Source: an uncultured Ruminococcus sp.
GTDB taxonomy: Bacteria > Bacillota > Clostridia > Oscillospirales > Acutalibacteraceae
Length of the DNA: 64,000 nt
Assembly (NCBI RefSeq): GCF_902785355.1
Contig: NZ_CACZYF010000002.1
Strand: one strand, 5' to 3'
Shown here: positions 18,028 through 28,437 of the stretch, in pieces
Numbering within the stretch: position 1 is the first letter of the stretch
Layout of the letters: every line of letters begins with the position of its first letter
Notes under the pieces: generated by a model
What the model was told of the DNA's origin: nothing
The model's database searches: none
What the model saw: the letters and a program-made list of their open reading frames with translations, nothing else
Position numbers and translations under genes: made by a program

Positions 18028-21000
18028 TTATTTAAAATACTTGACAGCAGCCTCGAACATACGGATATCGTAGTTTCCGGGGACGTTCTTGTACAGGAAG
18101 CTGCCCTTGCGCTCGGAGTGACCCATCTTACCGAAGACTCTGCCGTCGGGCGAGGTGATGCCCTCGATCGCGTAAGCGGAGTTGTTCGGGTTGAAGTGTA
18201 CGTCGGTGGTCGCGTTGCCGGAGAGATCGACGTACTGGGTCGCGATCTGGCCGTTTTCGGCGAGCTTTTTGATAAGCTCCTCACCGGCATAGAACCTGCC
18301 TTCACCGTGAGAGATCGGGACGGTGTAGACGTCGCCGACGTTCGTCAGACTCAGCCACGGGCTCTTGTTAGAGGCGACGCGGGTATGTACAATACGGCTC
18401 TGGTGGCGGGAGATCGTGTTGTAGGTCAGGGTCGGACAATTCTCATCGGTATCGATGATCCTACCGTAGGGCACGAGGCCGAGCTTGATCAGCGCCTGGA
18501 AGCCGTTGCAGATACCGCACATCAGACCGTCACGGTTGTCGAGCAAGTCGGTGACGCCCTCCTTGACCGCCGCGTTACGGAAGAATGCGGTGATGAACTT
18601 AGCGGAGCCGTCCGGCTCGTCGCCGCCGGAGAAGCCGCCGGGGATGAACACCATCTGGGCGGTTTTCAGGGCGTTCGCGAACCGCTCAATGCTCTCCTTG
18701 ATGCCGGAGGAGCTGAGGTTGTTGATGACGATGATCTCGGCGTCGGCGCCTGCGTCAGCCATCGCCTTGGCGGAGTCGTACTCACAGTTGGTACCGGGGA
18801 AGGCGGGGATCAGCACCTTGGGCTTAGCGGTCTTGATCGCAGGTGTGGGAGCGACGGTCTCTTCCGTGAAGGAGAAGGTCTCGACCGGCGCCTTTGTATC
18901 GGGAATATTGCAGGAATAGACGCCCTCGAGCTTGTTTTCATAAACGCCGAGCAGCTCATCGGCGCTGACGGACTCGCCGCCGAGGGTGAACGCGCCGTCG
19001 TCGGTCACGGTACCGATCAGGGTACCCTCTATCTCGCCGTCGGTCTCGATAATGAACGAGCCGTAACGATAACCGTAGAGGGTGTCGGGATCGATGTCCT
19101 TATCAAACGCAAAGCCGAAGCCGTTGCCGAATGCGCTCTTCATCACCGCCTCGGCTACGCCGCCGAGGGTCGGGGTGTAGGCGGCATAGACCTTACCGCC
19201 GCGCATGAGGTCGGTGACCTTATCATACAGCTTCAAGAGACTGCCGGTCTCGGGCAGGCCGTTCTCATCATAATCGGGGGTGAGCAGGTAGACCCTGTGA
19301 CCCGCCGCCTTGAACTCGGGCGAGATCACGTTCTCAGCCTTATCGGTGGTAACGGCGAAGGAGACGAGGGTCGGCGGGACGTCGAGATCCTCGAAGCTGC
19401 CGCTCATACTGTCCTTGCCGCCGATGGAGCCGATACCGAGGTTCATCTGCGCCTTGAACGCGCCGAGCAGAGCGGCGAGGGGCTTACCCCAACGCTTGCC
19501 GTCGGTGCCGGGCTTCTCGAAGTATTCCTGGAATGTCAGATACACATCCTCAAAGGACGCGCCGGTGGCAATCAGCTTGGAGACCGACTCGATGACCGCG
19601 AGATACGCGCCGTGGTAGGGGCTCTTCTCGGCGATCAGGGGGTTGTAGCCCCACGCCATCAGGGAGACGGTATCGGTGTGCTTCTTCTCGACACTGACCT
19701 TCTGTACCATCGCCTGGATCGGGGTCAGCTGGTGCTTTCCGCCGAAGGGCATGAGCACAGTACCCGCGCCGATGGTAGAGTCGAAGCGCTCGGAGAGTCC
19801 GCGCTTGGAGCATATGTTCAGATCGGAGGCGAGCTTCTTCATATTCTCAGCGAAGCCGCCGCTGATCTCTTTATCATACGCCTCGGGTTTCGCGGGCGTG
19901 ATATCAATGTGCTTTTCAGCACCGTTAGAATTCAAAAATTCGCGGGAGATATCCACGATCTTTGCGCCGTTCCACGTCATGGTGAGGCGGTGATCCGCCT
20001 TGACGACCGCTACGGGGCAGGCGTTGAGGTTCTCTTCCTTCGCGAGCGCCATGAACGCGTCGACGTTCTCGGGCTCGACAACGACAGCCATACGCTCCTG
20101 TGACTCGGAGATCGCGAGCTCGGTACCGTCCAAGCCCTCATACTTCTTAGGCACGGCGTTGAGGTCGATATCCAGACCGTCGGCGAGCTCGCCGATCGCG
20201 ACGGATACGCCGCCCGCGCCGAAGTCGTTACAGCGTTTGATCATACGGGTCGCCTCGGCGTTGCGGAACAGGCGCTGAAGCTTACGCTCCTCGGGAGCGT
20301 TACCCTTCTGCACCTCAGCGCCGCAGGTCTCGACCGAATGGGCGTTATGCGCCTTGGAGGAGCCTGTCGCGCCGCCGATGCCGTCACGTCCGGTCGCGCC
20401 GCCCAAGAGGATCACGACGTCGCCAGGAGCGGGTACCTCGCGGCGGACGTTCTCAGCGGGAGCGGCGGCGATGACCGCGCCGATCTCCATACGCTTCGCG
20501 GCGTAGCCGGGGTGATACAGTTCGTCGACGATACCGGTCGCGAGACCGATCTGGTTACCGTAGGAGCTGTAGCCCGCCGCAGCGGTGGTAACGATCTTGC
20601 GCTGGGGGAGCTTGCCCTCGATGGTCTGTGAGACGGGAACGGTGGGATCAGCCGCGCCGGTCACGCGCATCGCGCCGTAGACGTAAGCGCGTCCCGACAG
20701 CGGGTCGCGGATCGCGCCGCCGATACAGGTCGCGGCGCCGCCGAAGGGCTCGATCTCGGTGGGGTGATTATGGGTCTCGTTCTTAAAGAGCAGGAGCCAC
20801 GGCTCCTTTTTGCCGTCGACCTCGACCTCCATCTTCACGGTGCAGGCATTGATCTCCTCGCTCTCATCGAGCTTAGGGAGCTTGCCGTCCTTCTTGAGCT
20901 GACGGACGGCGATGGTCGCGAGATCCATCAGGCAGATCGGCTTGGTTCTGCCTAAGCCTTTGCGAACGGCGATATACTCGTCATACGCCTGCTGTAACAG

Positions 21001-21717
21001 CTCATCCTCGAATTTCACGCTGTCGATGGTGGTCAGGAAGGTGGTGTGGCGGCAGTGATCCGACCAGTAGGTGTCGATCATGCGGATCTCGGTGATGGTC
21101 GGGTCACGGTGCTCGCTCCGAAAATACTGCTGACAGAAGGCGATATCATCGGCGTCCATCGCGAGACCGTAGTCGGCGACGAACTGCTCGAGCCCCTCTC
21201 TGTCAAGCTCGTTGAAGCCGTCGAGCGTCTTGACGGCGGTAGGGATATCGTACTGAACCGCTAAGGTCGCGGGCTTCTCGAGAGCCGCCTCGCGTGCCTC
21301 AACGGGGTTGATGACGTACTTCTTGATCTCGGCGATCTCAGGCTCGGTCAGGTCGCCGTACAGGACGTAGACCTTCGCCGAACGGACGATGGGACGATCA
21401 CCCTGAGAGATGATCTGGATACACTGGGCGGCGGAATCCGCACGCTGGTCGAACTGACCGGGAAGAAACTCCACAGCAAAGGTGTATGCGCCGGTCGTGT
21501 CGATCTCCTCGCTCGCTATATCTAACTGCGGCTCCGAAAAGACCGTACCGACGGCATAGTCGAAGAGCTCGGGGGTGATATCCTCCGCATCGTAGCGATT
21601 GATCACGCGCAGGTCGGTCAGCGAGCGGATTGACAAAAGGTTATTGATATCGGAGAGCAGGGCTTTCGCCTCATTCTGCAGTCCTTCTCGTTTTTCTACA
21701 TAGATTCTATATACCAT
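18028..21717 (-). CDS. purL: Single-chain phosphoribosylformylglycinamidine (FGAM) synthase
   Basis: About 1229 aa. PurL/AIRS-like domains plus a C-terminal glutaminase with the catalytic Cys (GICNGFQAL). Start set at MVYRIYVEK, after a GGAGGAA RBS. Confidence 0.95.
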   Translation of the reverse strand: MVYRIYVEKREGLQNEAKALLSDINNLLSIRSLTDLRVINRYDAEDITPELFDYAVGTVFSEPQLDIASEEIDTTGAYTFAVEFLPGQFDQRADSAAQCIQIISQGDRPIVRSAKVYVLYGDLTEPEIAEIKKYVINPVEAREAALEKPATLAVQYDIPTAVKTLDGFNELDREGLEQFVADYGLAMDADDIAFCQQYFRSEHRDPTITEIRMIDTYWSDHCRHTTFLTTIDSVKFEDELLQQAYDEYIAVRKGLGRTKPICLMDLATIAVRQLKKDGKLPKLDESEEINACTVKMEVEVDGKKEPWLLLFKNETHNHPTEIEPFGGAATCIGGAIRDPLSGRAYVYGAMRVTGAADPTVPVSQTIEGKLPQRKIVTTAAAGYSSYGNQIGLATGIVDELYHPGYAAKRMEIGAVIAAAPAENVRREVPAPGDVVILLGGATGRDGIGGATGSSKAHNAHSVETCGAEVQKGNAPEERKLQRLFRNAEATRMIKRCNDFGAGGVSVAIGELADGLDIDLNAVPKKYEGLDGTELAISESQERMAVVVEPENVDAFMALAKEENLNACPVAVVKADHRLTMTWNGAKIVDISREFLNSNGAEKHIDITPAKPEAYDKEISGGFAENMKKLASDLNICSKRGLSERFDSTIGAGTVLMPFGGKHQLTPIQAMVQKVSVEKKHTDTVSLMAWGYNPLIAEKSPYHGAYLAVIESVSKLIATGASFEDVYLTFQEYFEKPGTDGKRWGKPLAALLGAFKAQMNLGIGSIGGKDSMSGSFEDLDVPPTLVSFAVTTDKAENVISPEFKAAGHRVYLLTPDYDENGLPETGSLLKLYDKVTDLMRGGKVYAAYTPTLGGVAEAVMKSAFGNGFGFAFDKDIDPDTLYGYRYGSFIIETDGEIEGTLIGTVTDDGAFTLGGESVSADELLGVYENKLEGVYSCNIPDTKAPVETFSFTEETVAPTPAIKTAKPKVLIPAFPGTNCEYDSAKAMADAGADAEIIVINNLSSSGIKESIERFANALKTAQMVFIPGGFSGGDEPDGSAKFITAFFRNAAVKEGVTDLLDNRDGLMCGICNGFQALIKLGLVPYGRIIDTDENCPTLTYNTISRHQSRIVHTRVASNKSPWLSLTNVGDVYTVPISHGEGRFYAGEELIKKLAENGQIATQYVDLSGNATTDVHFNPNNSAYAIEGITSPDGRVFGKMGHSERKGSFLYKNVPGNYDIRMFEAAVKYFK

Positions 21718-21729
21718 GGTTTCCTCCAA

Positions 21730-23001
21730 TTATGCCTCGGGTTCGGCAGCAAGCGCCCGCTTACCGATATCATGACGGTAGTAGGCGTTATCGAAGCTGA
21801 TCTGCTCTACCATTTTATAGGAGCTGTCGATCGCGCCCTGCAGGGTATCGGCGATCGCGGTCACGCCGAGCACTCTGCCGCCCGAGGTAAGGAGCCTGCC
21901 GTCCTTTTCGGCAGCGCCGGCGACAAATACGCAGTCGGTGATCTCAGCGGGGATGGTGATCTCGTAGCCCTTCTCATAAGCGGTAGGATAACCCTTGCTC
22001 GCCATGATAACGCAGGCGGCATGCTTATCGGAGAACTTCACCTCAGTCTGAGCGAGGGTTCCGTCGGTAGTCGCCTTCATGATCGTATAGAGGTCGGACT
22101 CCAAGAGAGGCAGAACGACCTGGGTCTCGGGGTCGCCGAAACGGCAGTTATACTCGATCACCTTGGGACCGTCCGCAGTGATCATCAGACCGAAGTACAG
22201 ACAGCCCTTGAAGGTTCGTCCCTCGGCGTTCATCGCCTCAACGGTCGGCAGAAAGATCTTTTCCATACATTCCTTCGCGACAGCGTCGGTATAATAGGGA
22301 TTCGGGGCGACGGTACCCATACCGCCGGTGTTCAGCCCCGTATCGTTATCGCCGGCACGCTTATGATCCATCGAAGAGATCATCGGCACAACGGTCTTGC
22401 CGTCGGTAAAGCTCAGCACGCTGACCTCAGGCCCCTCGAGGAACTCCTCGATGACGATGCTGTTACCGCTCTTGCCGAACTTCTTATCCTTCATGATGGA
22501 GATGACCGCGTCACGCGCTTCATCGCGGGTCATCGCGATGATGACGCCCTTGCCCAGCGCCAGACCGTCCGCCTTGACGACGGTCGGGATGGGAGCGGTC
22601 TCAACATACGCGAGAGCCGCCTCGGCATCCGAAAAGACCTCGTAAGCGGCGGTTGGGATGCCGTACTTCTTCATCAGATTCTTTGAAAAAACCTTGCTGC
22701 CTTCGATGATCGCGGCTTCACTGCGCGGGCCGAAGCACGGGATGCCCTTTTCTTCGAGCGCGTCGACGCAGCCCAGCACCAGCGGATCGTCGGGAGCAAC
22801 GACGGCGTAGTCGATCTTGTTTTCGACCGCGAATCTGACGATACCGTCGATATCGGTTGCGCCGATATTCACGCACACGGCGTCGGCGGCGATACCGCCG
22901 TTGCCCGGCAGGGCATAGATCGTCTCGATCGCGGGATTCTCTCTCAGTTTCTTGATGATGGCGTGCTCACGTCCGCCGCCACCGACAACCATTATTTTCA
23001 T
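21730..23001 (-). CDS. purD: Phosphoribosylamine-glycine ligase
   Basis: N-terminus MKIMVVGGGGREHAI with an ATP-grasp body. The ATG is preceded by AGGTGA. The longer ORF begins at a GTG. Confidence 0.95.
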   Translation of the reverse strand: MKIMVVGGGGREHAIIKKLRENPAIETIYALPGNGGIAADAVCVNIGATDIDGIVRFAVENKIDYAVVAPDDPLVLGCVDALEEKGIPCFGPRSEAAIIEGSKVFSKNLMKKYGIPTAAYEVFSDAEAALAYVETAPIPTVVKADGLALGKGVIIAMTRDEARDAVISIMKDKKFGKSGNSIVIEEFLEGPEVSVLSFTDGKTVVPMISSMDHKRAGDNDTGLNTGGMGTVAPNPYYTDAVAKECMEKIFLPTVEAMNAEGRTFKGCLYFGLMITADGPKVIEYNCRFGDPETQVVLPLLESDLYTIMKATTDGTLAQTEVKFSDKHAACVIMASKGYPTAYEKGYEITIPAEITDCVFVAGAAEKDGRLLTSGGRVLGVTAIADTLQGAIDSSYKMVEQISFDNAYYRHDIGKRALAAEPEA

Positions 23002-23002
23002 A

Positions 23003-24520
23003 TCAGTCACCTGCTTTTTCTTTCTCTCCGAACCACGGATACTTCGGTTCGATCACATACAGACATTTTCTGCCCAATCTGTCATTCTCAACATCGCTGC
23101 TTATCATCCCGCTTGACCACTGTCTGAAGCCCTCCGGGAGCTCGCTCCACGAAGCATCGGCGGTATAGGCATAGACACCCTTATCCGCCTTATCAAGACC
23201 ATAAGCTTCGGAATAAATAAGCAGGGTGTAATGATCGTTACCGTCATCACGGATCTCCCTGTCACCGGGATTACGCTCATAGCTGATATCCGCAAGCTCA
23301 AAATAATAGGTATGATCGTTGATCTTCTTCGGATTCTTAAAGCTTCCGCTGAACTCGGACACATACATCGTACTTTGATAACCGTCGCCGCTCTCTCCCA
23401 TGTTGGAATCATGGAAGGAGCCGGTGAAGCTGCCGTCGCTTTTGAGCTCGATACTGCTCCCCCATGCGCCGGCGCCGGAGGTAAAGATGTAGTTACCGGC
23501 AAACTCGCCGTAGACCTCGACAGCCTCGGTAGGCCTTGCCTGAGTAGGCTTCTCGGTCTCCTGCTTACGCTCATCGGAGCTTGCGGTGTCGGTATCATTC
23601 TTATCGGAAGGCGTTGTGGGATCATTGCCGGAATCGCTATCCTCGCTGCCGATCAAATCGACCGCGTCATCATAGCTGGTGGACGCGATATCTTTTTTAT
23701 CACGGAAGAGATCGTCGATCTCATCCAATGTTCGATCCGAAACAATGATATCCTTATCAGAGGTGTTCAGACGATCGATCAACTGATCATACTGCCGCTT
23801 CGCGTCATCCGCGTTGCCGGACTCGGTTTTGCCGTCGGGATAATACGCATACGACGCGCTGCCGGAGCTGTCATCGAACACGCAGACAAACTTCTCAGCC
23901 GTACTCCCGTCCTCGGGAACGAGCCGGCTGAAGGTCTCGGTGTTATCAATGATCGTATAGCGATACAACGAACCGTCGGAGCGGTTGGTAAACAGGACGA
24001 AATGCTCGGCATTGTCGGTAGTATTACGAACGATCCTGCCGTCGCTGTCAACGGCGATACAGACTCTTACGGCGTTACTCTGCGAGTCCTTCTCGACAAA
24101 GACAAGATCCTCGATCCCGCTGCCGTTGATATCATAAACCGCGACCGGCGGTACCTCATGCTCCGAGGCAAAGCTTCCGATCTCATTCTTTGAATTCAAC
24201 AGGAGTTCTCCGTATTCACGAAACGCCTGTGCGGTAGTCAGCTTCTTCTGCCACGGATGTGCCACAACCGCAAAAATCCCACCGACCGCCACAGCGGCAC
24301 AGAGCACGCCGGCAATCGAGCCGATCACTACCGAGCGGACGTTTTTACGCGGCGGCTGAGGCGGCACGGGAGCCTGCATATAAACAGGCTCCTGCGGATA
24401 ATACGGTTGTTGATACGGTTGTTGATCCATCATCTGCTGAGGCACCTCGACCGGCGCGCCGCATTGAGGACAAAAGCTTTCTCCCGCTTCTACAGGACAG
24501 CCGCAATTACTGCAATACAT
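23003..24520 (-). CDS. Zinc-ribbon, single-pass membrane protein of unknown function
   Basis: MYCSNCGCPVEAGESFCPQCGAP, then a Pro/Gln-rich linker, a TM helix (VVIGSIAGVLCAAVAVGGIFAVV) and an extracytoplasmic part of about 400 aa. The stop is 1 nt from the purD ATG. Confidence 0.7.
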   Translation of the reverse strand: MYCSNCGCPVEAGESFCPQCGAPVEVPQQMMDQQPYQQPYYPQEPVYMQAPVPPQPPRKNVRSVVIGSIAGVLCAAVAVGGIFAVVAHPWQKKLTTAQAFREYGELLLNSKNEIGSFASEHEVPPVAVYDINGSGIEDLVFVEKDSQSNAVRVCIAVDSDGRIVRNTTDNAEHFVLFTNRSDGSLYRYTIIDNTETFSRLVPEDGSTAEKFVCVFDDSSGSASYAYYPDGKTESGNADDAKRQYDQLIDRLNTSDKDIIVSDRTLDEIDDLFRDKKDIASTSYDDAVDLIGSEDSDSGNDPTTPSDKNDTDTASSDERKQETEKPTQARPTEAVEVYGEFAGNYIFTSGAGAWGSSIELKSDGSFTGSFHDSNMGESGDGYQSTMYVSEFSGSFKNPKKINDHTYYFELADISYERNPGDREIRDDGNDHYTLLIYSEAYGLDKADKGVYAYTADASWSELPEGFRQWSSGMISSDVENDRLGRKCLYVIEPKYPWFGEKEKAGD

Positions 24521-24551
24521 ATCCAAACCCTCTTTCGATACGGTCAAACCA

Positions 24552-25736
24552 TCAATGGTGGAACAGTCTCATACCGGTGAACGCCATCACCATACCGTAC
24601 TTATCGGCGCACTCGATGACGAGATCGTCACGGATGGAGCCGCCGGGCTCGGCGATATACTTGACGCCGCTCTTATAGGCGCGCTCGATGTTGTCGGAGA
24701 AGGGGAAGAACGCATCGGAGCCGAGCGCGACGTCCTTGACCGTATCGAGATAAGCGCGCTGCTCCTCATCGGTGAAGGGAGCGGGCTGCTCGGTAAAGTA
24801 CTTCTGCCAGTTGCCGTCGGCGGTAACGTCCTCTTCGTTACGGTTGATATATCCGTCGATGACGTTGTCGCGGTCAGGACGGCGGATATCCTCCTTAAAG
24901 GGTAGGTTCAGTACCTTATCGCTCTGTCTGAGGAACCAGGTATCCGCCTTGCTTCCCGCGAGACGGGTGCAGTGGATACGGCTCTGCTGGCCGGCGCCGA
25001 CGCCGATCGCCTGGCCGTCGACCGCGTAGCAGACGGAGTTAGACTGGGTATATTTGAGGGTGATCAGGGCGATGATCAGGTCGCGCACGGCGCTGTCGGG
25101 CAGCTCCTTGTTCGCGGTGACGAGATTCTGAAGGAGTTCGCGGTTGATCTCAAAGTTGTTTCTGCCCTGCTCGAAGGTGATGCCGTAGACCTGCTTGTGC
25201 TCTACGGGATCGGGAACATAGTCGGGGTCGATCTGTACGATATTGTAGTTGCCGTTTCTCTTGGATTTGAGGATCTCCAGCGCCTCAGGCTCATAGCCGG
25301 GAGCGATGATGCCGTCGCTGACCTCGCGCTTGATCATCAGCGCGGTGGTCACATCACAGACGTCGGACAGCGCGACCCAGTCGCCGAAGGAGCACATACG
25401 GTCGGTACCGCGTGCGCGCGCATAAGCGCAGGCGAGGGGGCTGTCGTCCAGACCCTCGATATCGTCAACGAAGCAAGCCTTCTTCAGCTTATCGGAAAGC
25501 GGAACGCCGACAGCCGCCGAGGTGGGGCTGACGTGCTTGAAAGAGGTGACGGCGGGGAGTCCCAGCGCCTCCTTGAGCTCCTTGACGAGCTGCCAGGAGT
25601 TGAACGCGTCGAGGAAGTTGATGTAGCCGGGTCTGCCGCAGAGAATCTCGATGGGCAGATCGGAGCCGTCGTGCATAAAGATCTTCGCGGGTTTCTGGTT
25701 AGGGTTACAGCCGTATTTTAACTCAAATTCTTTCAT
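24552..25736 (-). CDS. purH: AICAR transformylase (AICARFT domain only)
   Basis: MKEFELKYGCNPNQKPA..., about 394 aa, with no MGS-like IMP cyclohydrolase domain. Start follows an AGGAG RBS. Confidence 0.85.
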   Translation of the reverse strand: MKEFELKYGCNPNQKPAKIFMHDGSDLPIEILCGRPGYINFLDAFNSWQLVKELKEALGLPAVTSFKHVSPTSAAVGVPLSDKLKKACFVDDIEGLDDSPLACAYARARGTDRMCSFGDWVALSDVCDVTTALMIKREVSDGIIAPGYEPEALEILKSKRNGNYNIVQIDPDYVPDPVEHKQVYGITFEQGRNNFEINRELLQNLVTANKELPDSAVRDLIIALITLKYTQSNSVCYAVDGQAIGVGAGQQSRIHCTRLAGSKADTWFLRQSDKVLNLPFKEDIRRPDRDNVIDGYINRNEEDVTADGNWQKYFTEQPAPFTDEEQRAYLDTVKDVALGSDAFFPFSDNIERAYKSGVKYIAEPGGSIRDDLVIECADKYGMVMAFTGMRLFHH

Positions 25737-25814
25737 GATGTTATCTCCTTTATAATGAATTGCTTCAATCCGAATCACGACCGAAGGTCGATTCATGCCG
25801 CAGAAGCAGGGAAC

Positions 25815-26534
25815 TTACACATTCTTATTAACCAATCGGTTCTCCTCTTCGCCGGTCTCGAGATCGATGTAGCGGACGTAGAGGGAGATCTTGTTATTCT
25901 CGTCGAGGGCGTTCCACAGCTTATCGGTGAACGCGTCGATGCTGTCGGGGATCGCTACGCGCTCAGGCTCGCCCTGGAAGGTCGGGATCGGGTTGCCGTC
26001 GCAGACGTAGGTGTGGATGAAGTGACCCAAGCCCGCCTTAGACGGATAAGAGAAGCCGTAACGGGCGCAGTCGGTGCCCTCGGGGTCGATCGACTTTAAG
26101 ATCGACATCTGATAGCAGAAGTCGCCGTCCTCAAAGGTCAGCATACCGCTGATACGGGGGGTCAGGTTGGGCGCGTCAGGCTCGAACTCGCGCTTCTCGA
26201 GCGCCTTGTTGAAGCTCAGCCCCTTTTCAAGGCCATCGTAGACGGTGTCGGTCTGGTCGCCGTTGGTGACGATGAGATTGTTCTCATACTCGCGGATCGC
26301 TGCATAAATGATCAGCGAGGGATCCTCGACCTTGGAAGCGTCGAAGGGCTCGGTATAAACCGCACCGTCGCGCTCGGTGAAGATACGGTTGCGGGAATTC
26401 GCGCTGCGGCCCATGATAAAGTAGGCGGTGGCAGCCTTCGTCCCGTCGGCAGTCTTGCCGATGATGATACCGCGGCCGGGATAGGTGTTGCCGTCCAGCA
26501 GTTCGGTGATGTCGTTGATTTTGTAGATATTCAT
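25815..26534 (-). CDS. purO: Stand-alone IMP cyclohydrolase of the archaeal PurO type
   Basis: 239 aa containing NTYPGRGIIIGKTADG...YFIMGRSANSRNR, matching my memory of the PurO-like IMPCH family. Adjacent to the AICARFT-only purH. Confidence 0.75.
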   Translation of the reverse strand: MNIYKINDITELLDGNTYPGRGIIIGKTADGTKAATAYFIMGRSANSRNRIFTERDGAVYTEPFDASKVEDPSLIIYAAIREYENNLIVTNGDQTDTVYDGLEKGLSFNKALEKREFEPDAPNLTPRISGMLTFEDGDFCYQMSILKSIDPEGTDCARYGFSYPSKAGLGHFIHTYVCDGNPIPTFQGEPERVAIPDSIDAFTDKLWNALDENNKISLYVRYIDLETGEEENRLVNKNV

Positions 26535-26555
26535 TCCAAATTACCCCTTTATTAT

Positions 26556-26680
26556 AGAGAATAGTGAATAGAGAACAGAGAACGGTTTCTCAGACTCGCT
26601 TCGCTCGGACAATTATATGAATCCGAAACGCGAAGCGTTTTCCATAACTGTTATCTATTATCTGTTATCTAATATCTGTT
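26556..26680. repeat. Heptad-armed hairpin element, copy b (purN-purO spacer)
   Basis: Left arm AGAGAAT AGTGAAT AGAGAAC AGAGAAC GG. Core CTCGCTTCGCTCGGA-caattatatgaa-TCCGAAACGCGAAGCG. Right arm of CTGTTAT/CTATTAT units, which runs 23 nt into the 3' end of purN. Confidence 0.7.
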
Positions 26681-27266
26681 TTGCGATCTTTTCCACAGAC
26701 TGCGGGAGGATAATCCACTCAGCCTGTTCCATGACGCGCTTTTGCAGCACTTCGGGCGTATCGCCGTCGAGAATCTCGACCGCCTTCTGGGCGATGATCT
26801 CGCCGCCGTCGGGGATCTCGTTGACGAAGTGGACGGTCGCGCCCGTGACCTTGACGCCCTTCTCGAGCGCCGCCTCATGAACGCGCAGTCCGTAGTAGCC
26901 CTGTCCGCAGAAAGACGGGATCAACGACGGATGGACGTTGAGGATCCGGTGGTCAAAGCGCGCCGTGAAGCGCTCCGACAGGATGGACATAAAGCCCGCG
27001 AGGACGATCAGGTCGATCTCCCGCTCCTCTAAAGCCGCGATGATCGCGTCCTCAAAGGCTTCCTGGGTCTTCAACTCTTTTTTCGATATATACAGGTGCT
27101 CAATACCGGCGTTCTCTGCACGGGTGAGCGCGTAGGCGTTCGCGTTGTTTGAGATGACCAGCACGACCTCGCCGCTGCGGATCACGCCGCTGTGCTGCGC
27201 GTCGATGATCGCCTGCAGGTTGGTGCCGCCGCCGGACACGAGCACGGCTATCTTTGCCTTTAGCAT
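26658..27266 (-). CDS. purN: Phosphoribosylglycinamide formyltransferase
   Basis: Contains [20 protein letters not shown] and HPSLIP. 202 aa. Confidence 0.92.
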   Translation of the reverse strand: MLKAKIAVLVSGGGTNLQAIIDAQHSGVIRSGEVVLVISNNANAYALTRAENAGIEHLYISKKELKTQEAFEDAIIAALEEREIDLIVLAGFMSILSERFTARFDHRILNVHPSLIPSFCGQGYYGLRVHEAALEKGVKVTGATVHFVNEIPDGGEIIAQKAVEILDGDTPEVLQKRVMEQAEWIILPQSVEKIAKQILDNR

Positions 27267-28309
27267 AATTCGATCTTCTCCCCGTTATCGGAGGTGACGA
27301 TCTCGCCGAGTCGGTAAGCGTCCTCGCCCTGAGCGCGCAGGATCGCGAGCGCCTCGTCAGCCTGATCAGCGGGTACGACGATACTCATGCCGACACCCAT
27401 GTTGAAGGTATTGAACATATCGCGCTCGGATATGCCGCCCTTCTCCCGGATCAGCTTAAAGATCGGCAGCACGCGGACGTCCGCCTTGCGGATCCTCGCG
27501 CACAGACCGTCGGGGATGGAACGCGGGATGTTCTCATAAAAGCCGCCGCCGGTGATGTGGGAGATACCCTTGACGTCGCACTTCTCAAGCAGCGCGAGCA
27601 CGGGCTTGACATAGATCTTAGTCGGAGTGAGCAGGGTCTCACCCACGCTTCTGCCGCCGAGTGCTTCTACCGGCGTCTTGATATCGGCGTTCTCGACGTC
27701 AAAGACCTTGCGCACCAGCGAAAAGCCGTTACTGTGAACGCCGGAGGACGGCAGCGCAATGATCACATCGCCCGCCTGCATCTTCGTATTATCGATGATC
27801 TTATCCTTATCGACCACGCCGGTGCTGTAGCCCGCGAGGTCATACTCATCCTCGGGATAGAAGCCGGGCATCTCGGCAGTCTCGCCGCCGATCAGCGCCG
27901 CGCCGCTCATCACACAGCCGTCGGCAACGCCCTTGACGATATCGGCGATCCGCTCGGGAACGTTCTTGCCGCAGGCGATGTAGTCGAGGAACAAGAGGGG
28001 CTTCGCGCCGACGCATATAATATCATTGACGCACATCGCCACACAGTCGATACCGACGGTATCGTGCTTATCCATCAGGAAAGCGAGCTTGAGCTTGGTG
28101 CCGACGCCGTCGGTACCGCTGACCAGAACCGGCTTGGTGATACCGGTCAGATCAATCTCGAAGAGTCCGCCGAAACCGCCTACGTCGGAGCATACGCCCT
28201 CCGTCGCGGTACGCGCGACATGCTGTTTCATCAGCTCGACCGCCTTGTAGCCGGCGGTGATATCCACGCCCGCCGCGGCGTAAGCTTCTGATTTGGAATT
28301 CAAATTCAT
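27260..28309 (-). CDS. purM: Phosphoribosylformylglycinamidine cyclo-ligase (AIR synthetase)
   Basis: Contains YAAAGVD...GGFGGLF...DGVGTK. Start set at MNLNSK. Confidence 0.95.
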   Translation of the reverse strand: MNLNSKSEAYAAAGVDITAGYKAVELMKQHVARTATEGVCSDVGGFGGLFEIDLTGITKPVLVSGTDGVGTKLKLAFLMDKHDTVGIDCVAMCVNDIICVGAKPLLFLDYIACGKNVPERIADIVKGVADGCVMSGAALIGGETAEMPGFYPEDEYDLAGYSTGVVDKDKIIDNTKMQAGDVIIALPSSGVHSNGFSLVRKVFDVENADIKTPVEALGGRSVGETLLTPTKIYVKPVLALLEKCDVKGISHITGGGFYENIPRSIPDGLCARIRKADVRVLPIFKLIREKGGISERDMFNTFNMGVGMSIVVPADQADEALAILRAQGEDAYRLGEIVTSDNGEKIELC

Positions 28310-28437
28310 AATTCTACCTTTCTGCTCATGCCAGAGCATTTACAGGAATAATGATACTAATACTAATCGGTTGAGATTGCCGCGGCTCCTTTGGGAGCCG
28401 CGCAATGACGATTTTATAAAGATGCGCGCATTCGCCG

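Noticed and set aside
18118-20103. 661-aa plus-strand ORF, and other long ORFs opposite purL
   Set aside because: It is antisense to FGAM synthase. The product would be highly Gly/Arg/Asp/Val-rich with no motifs.
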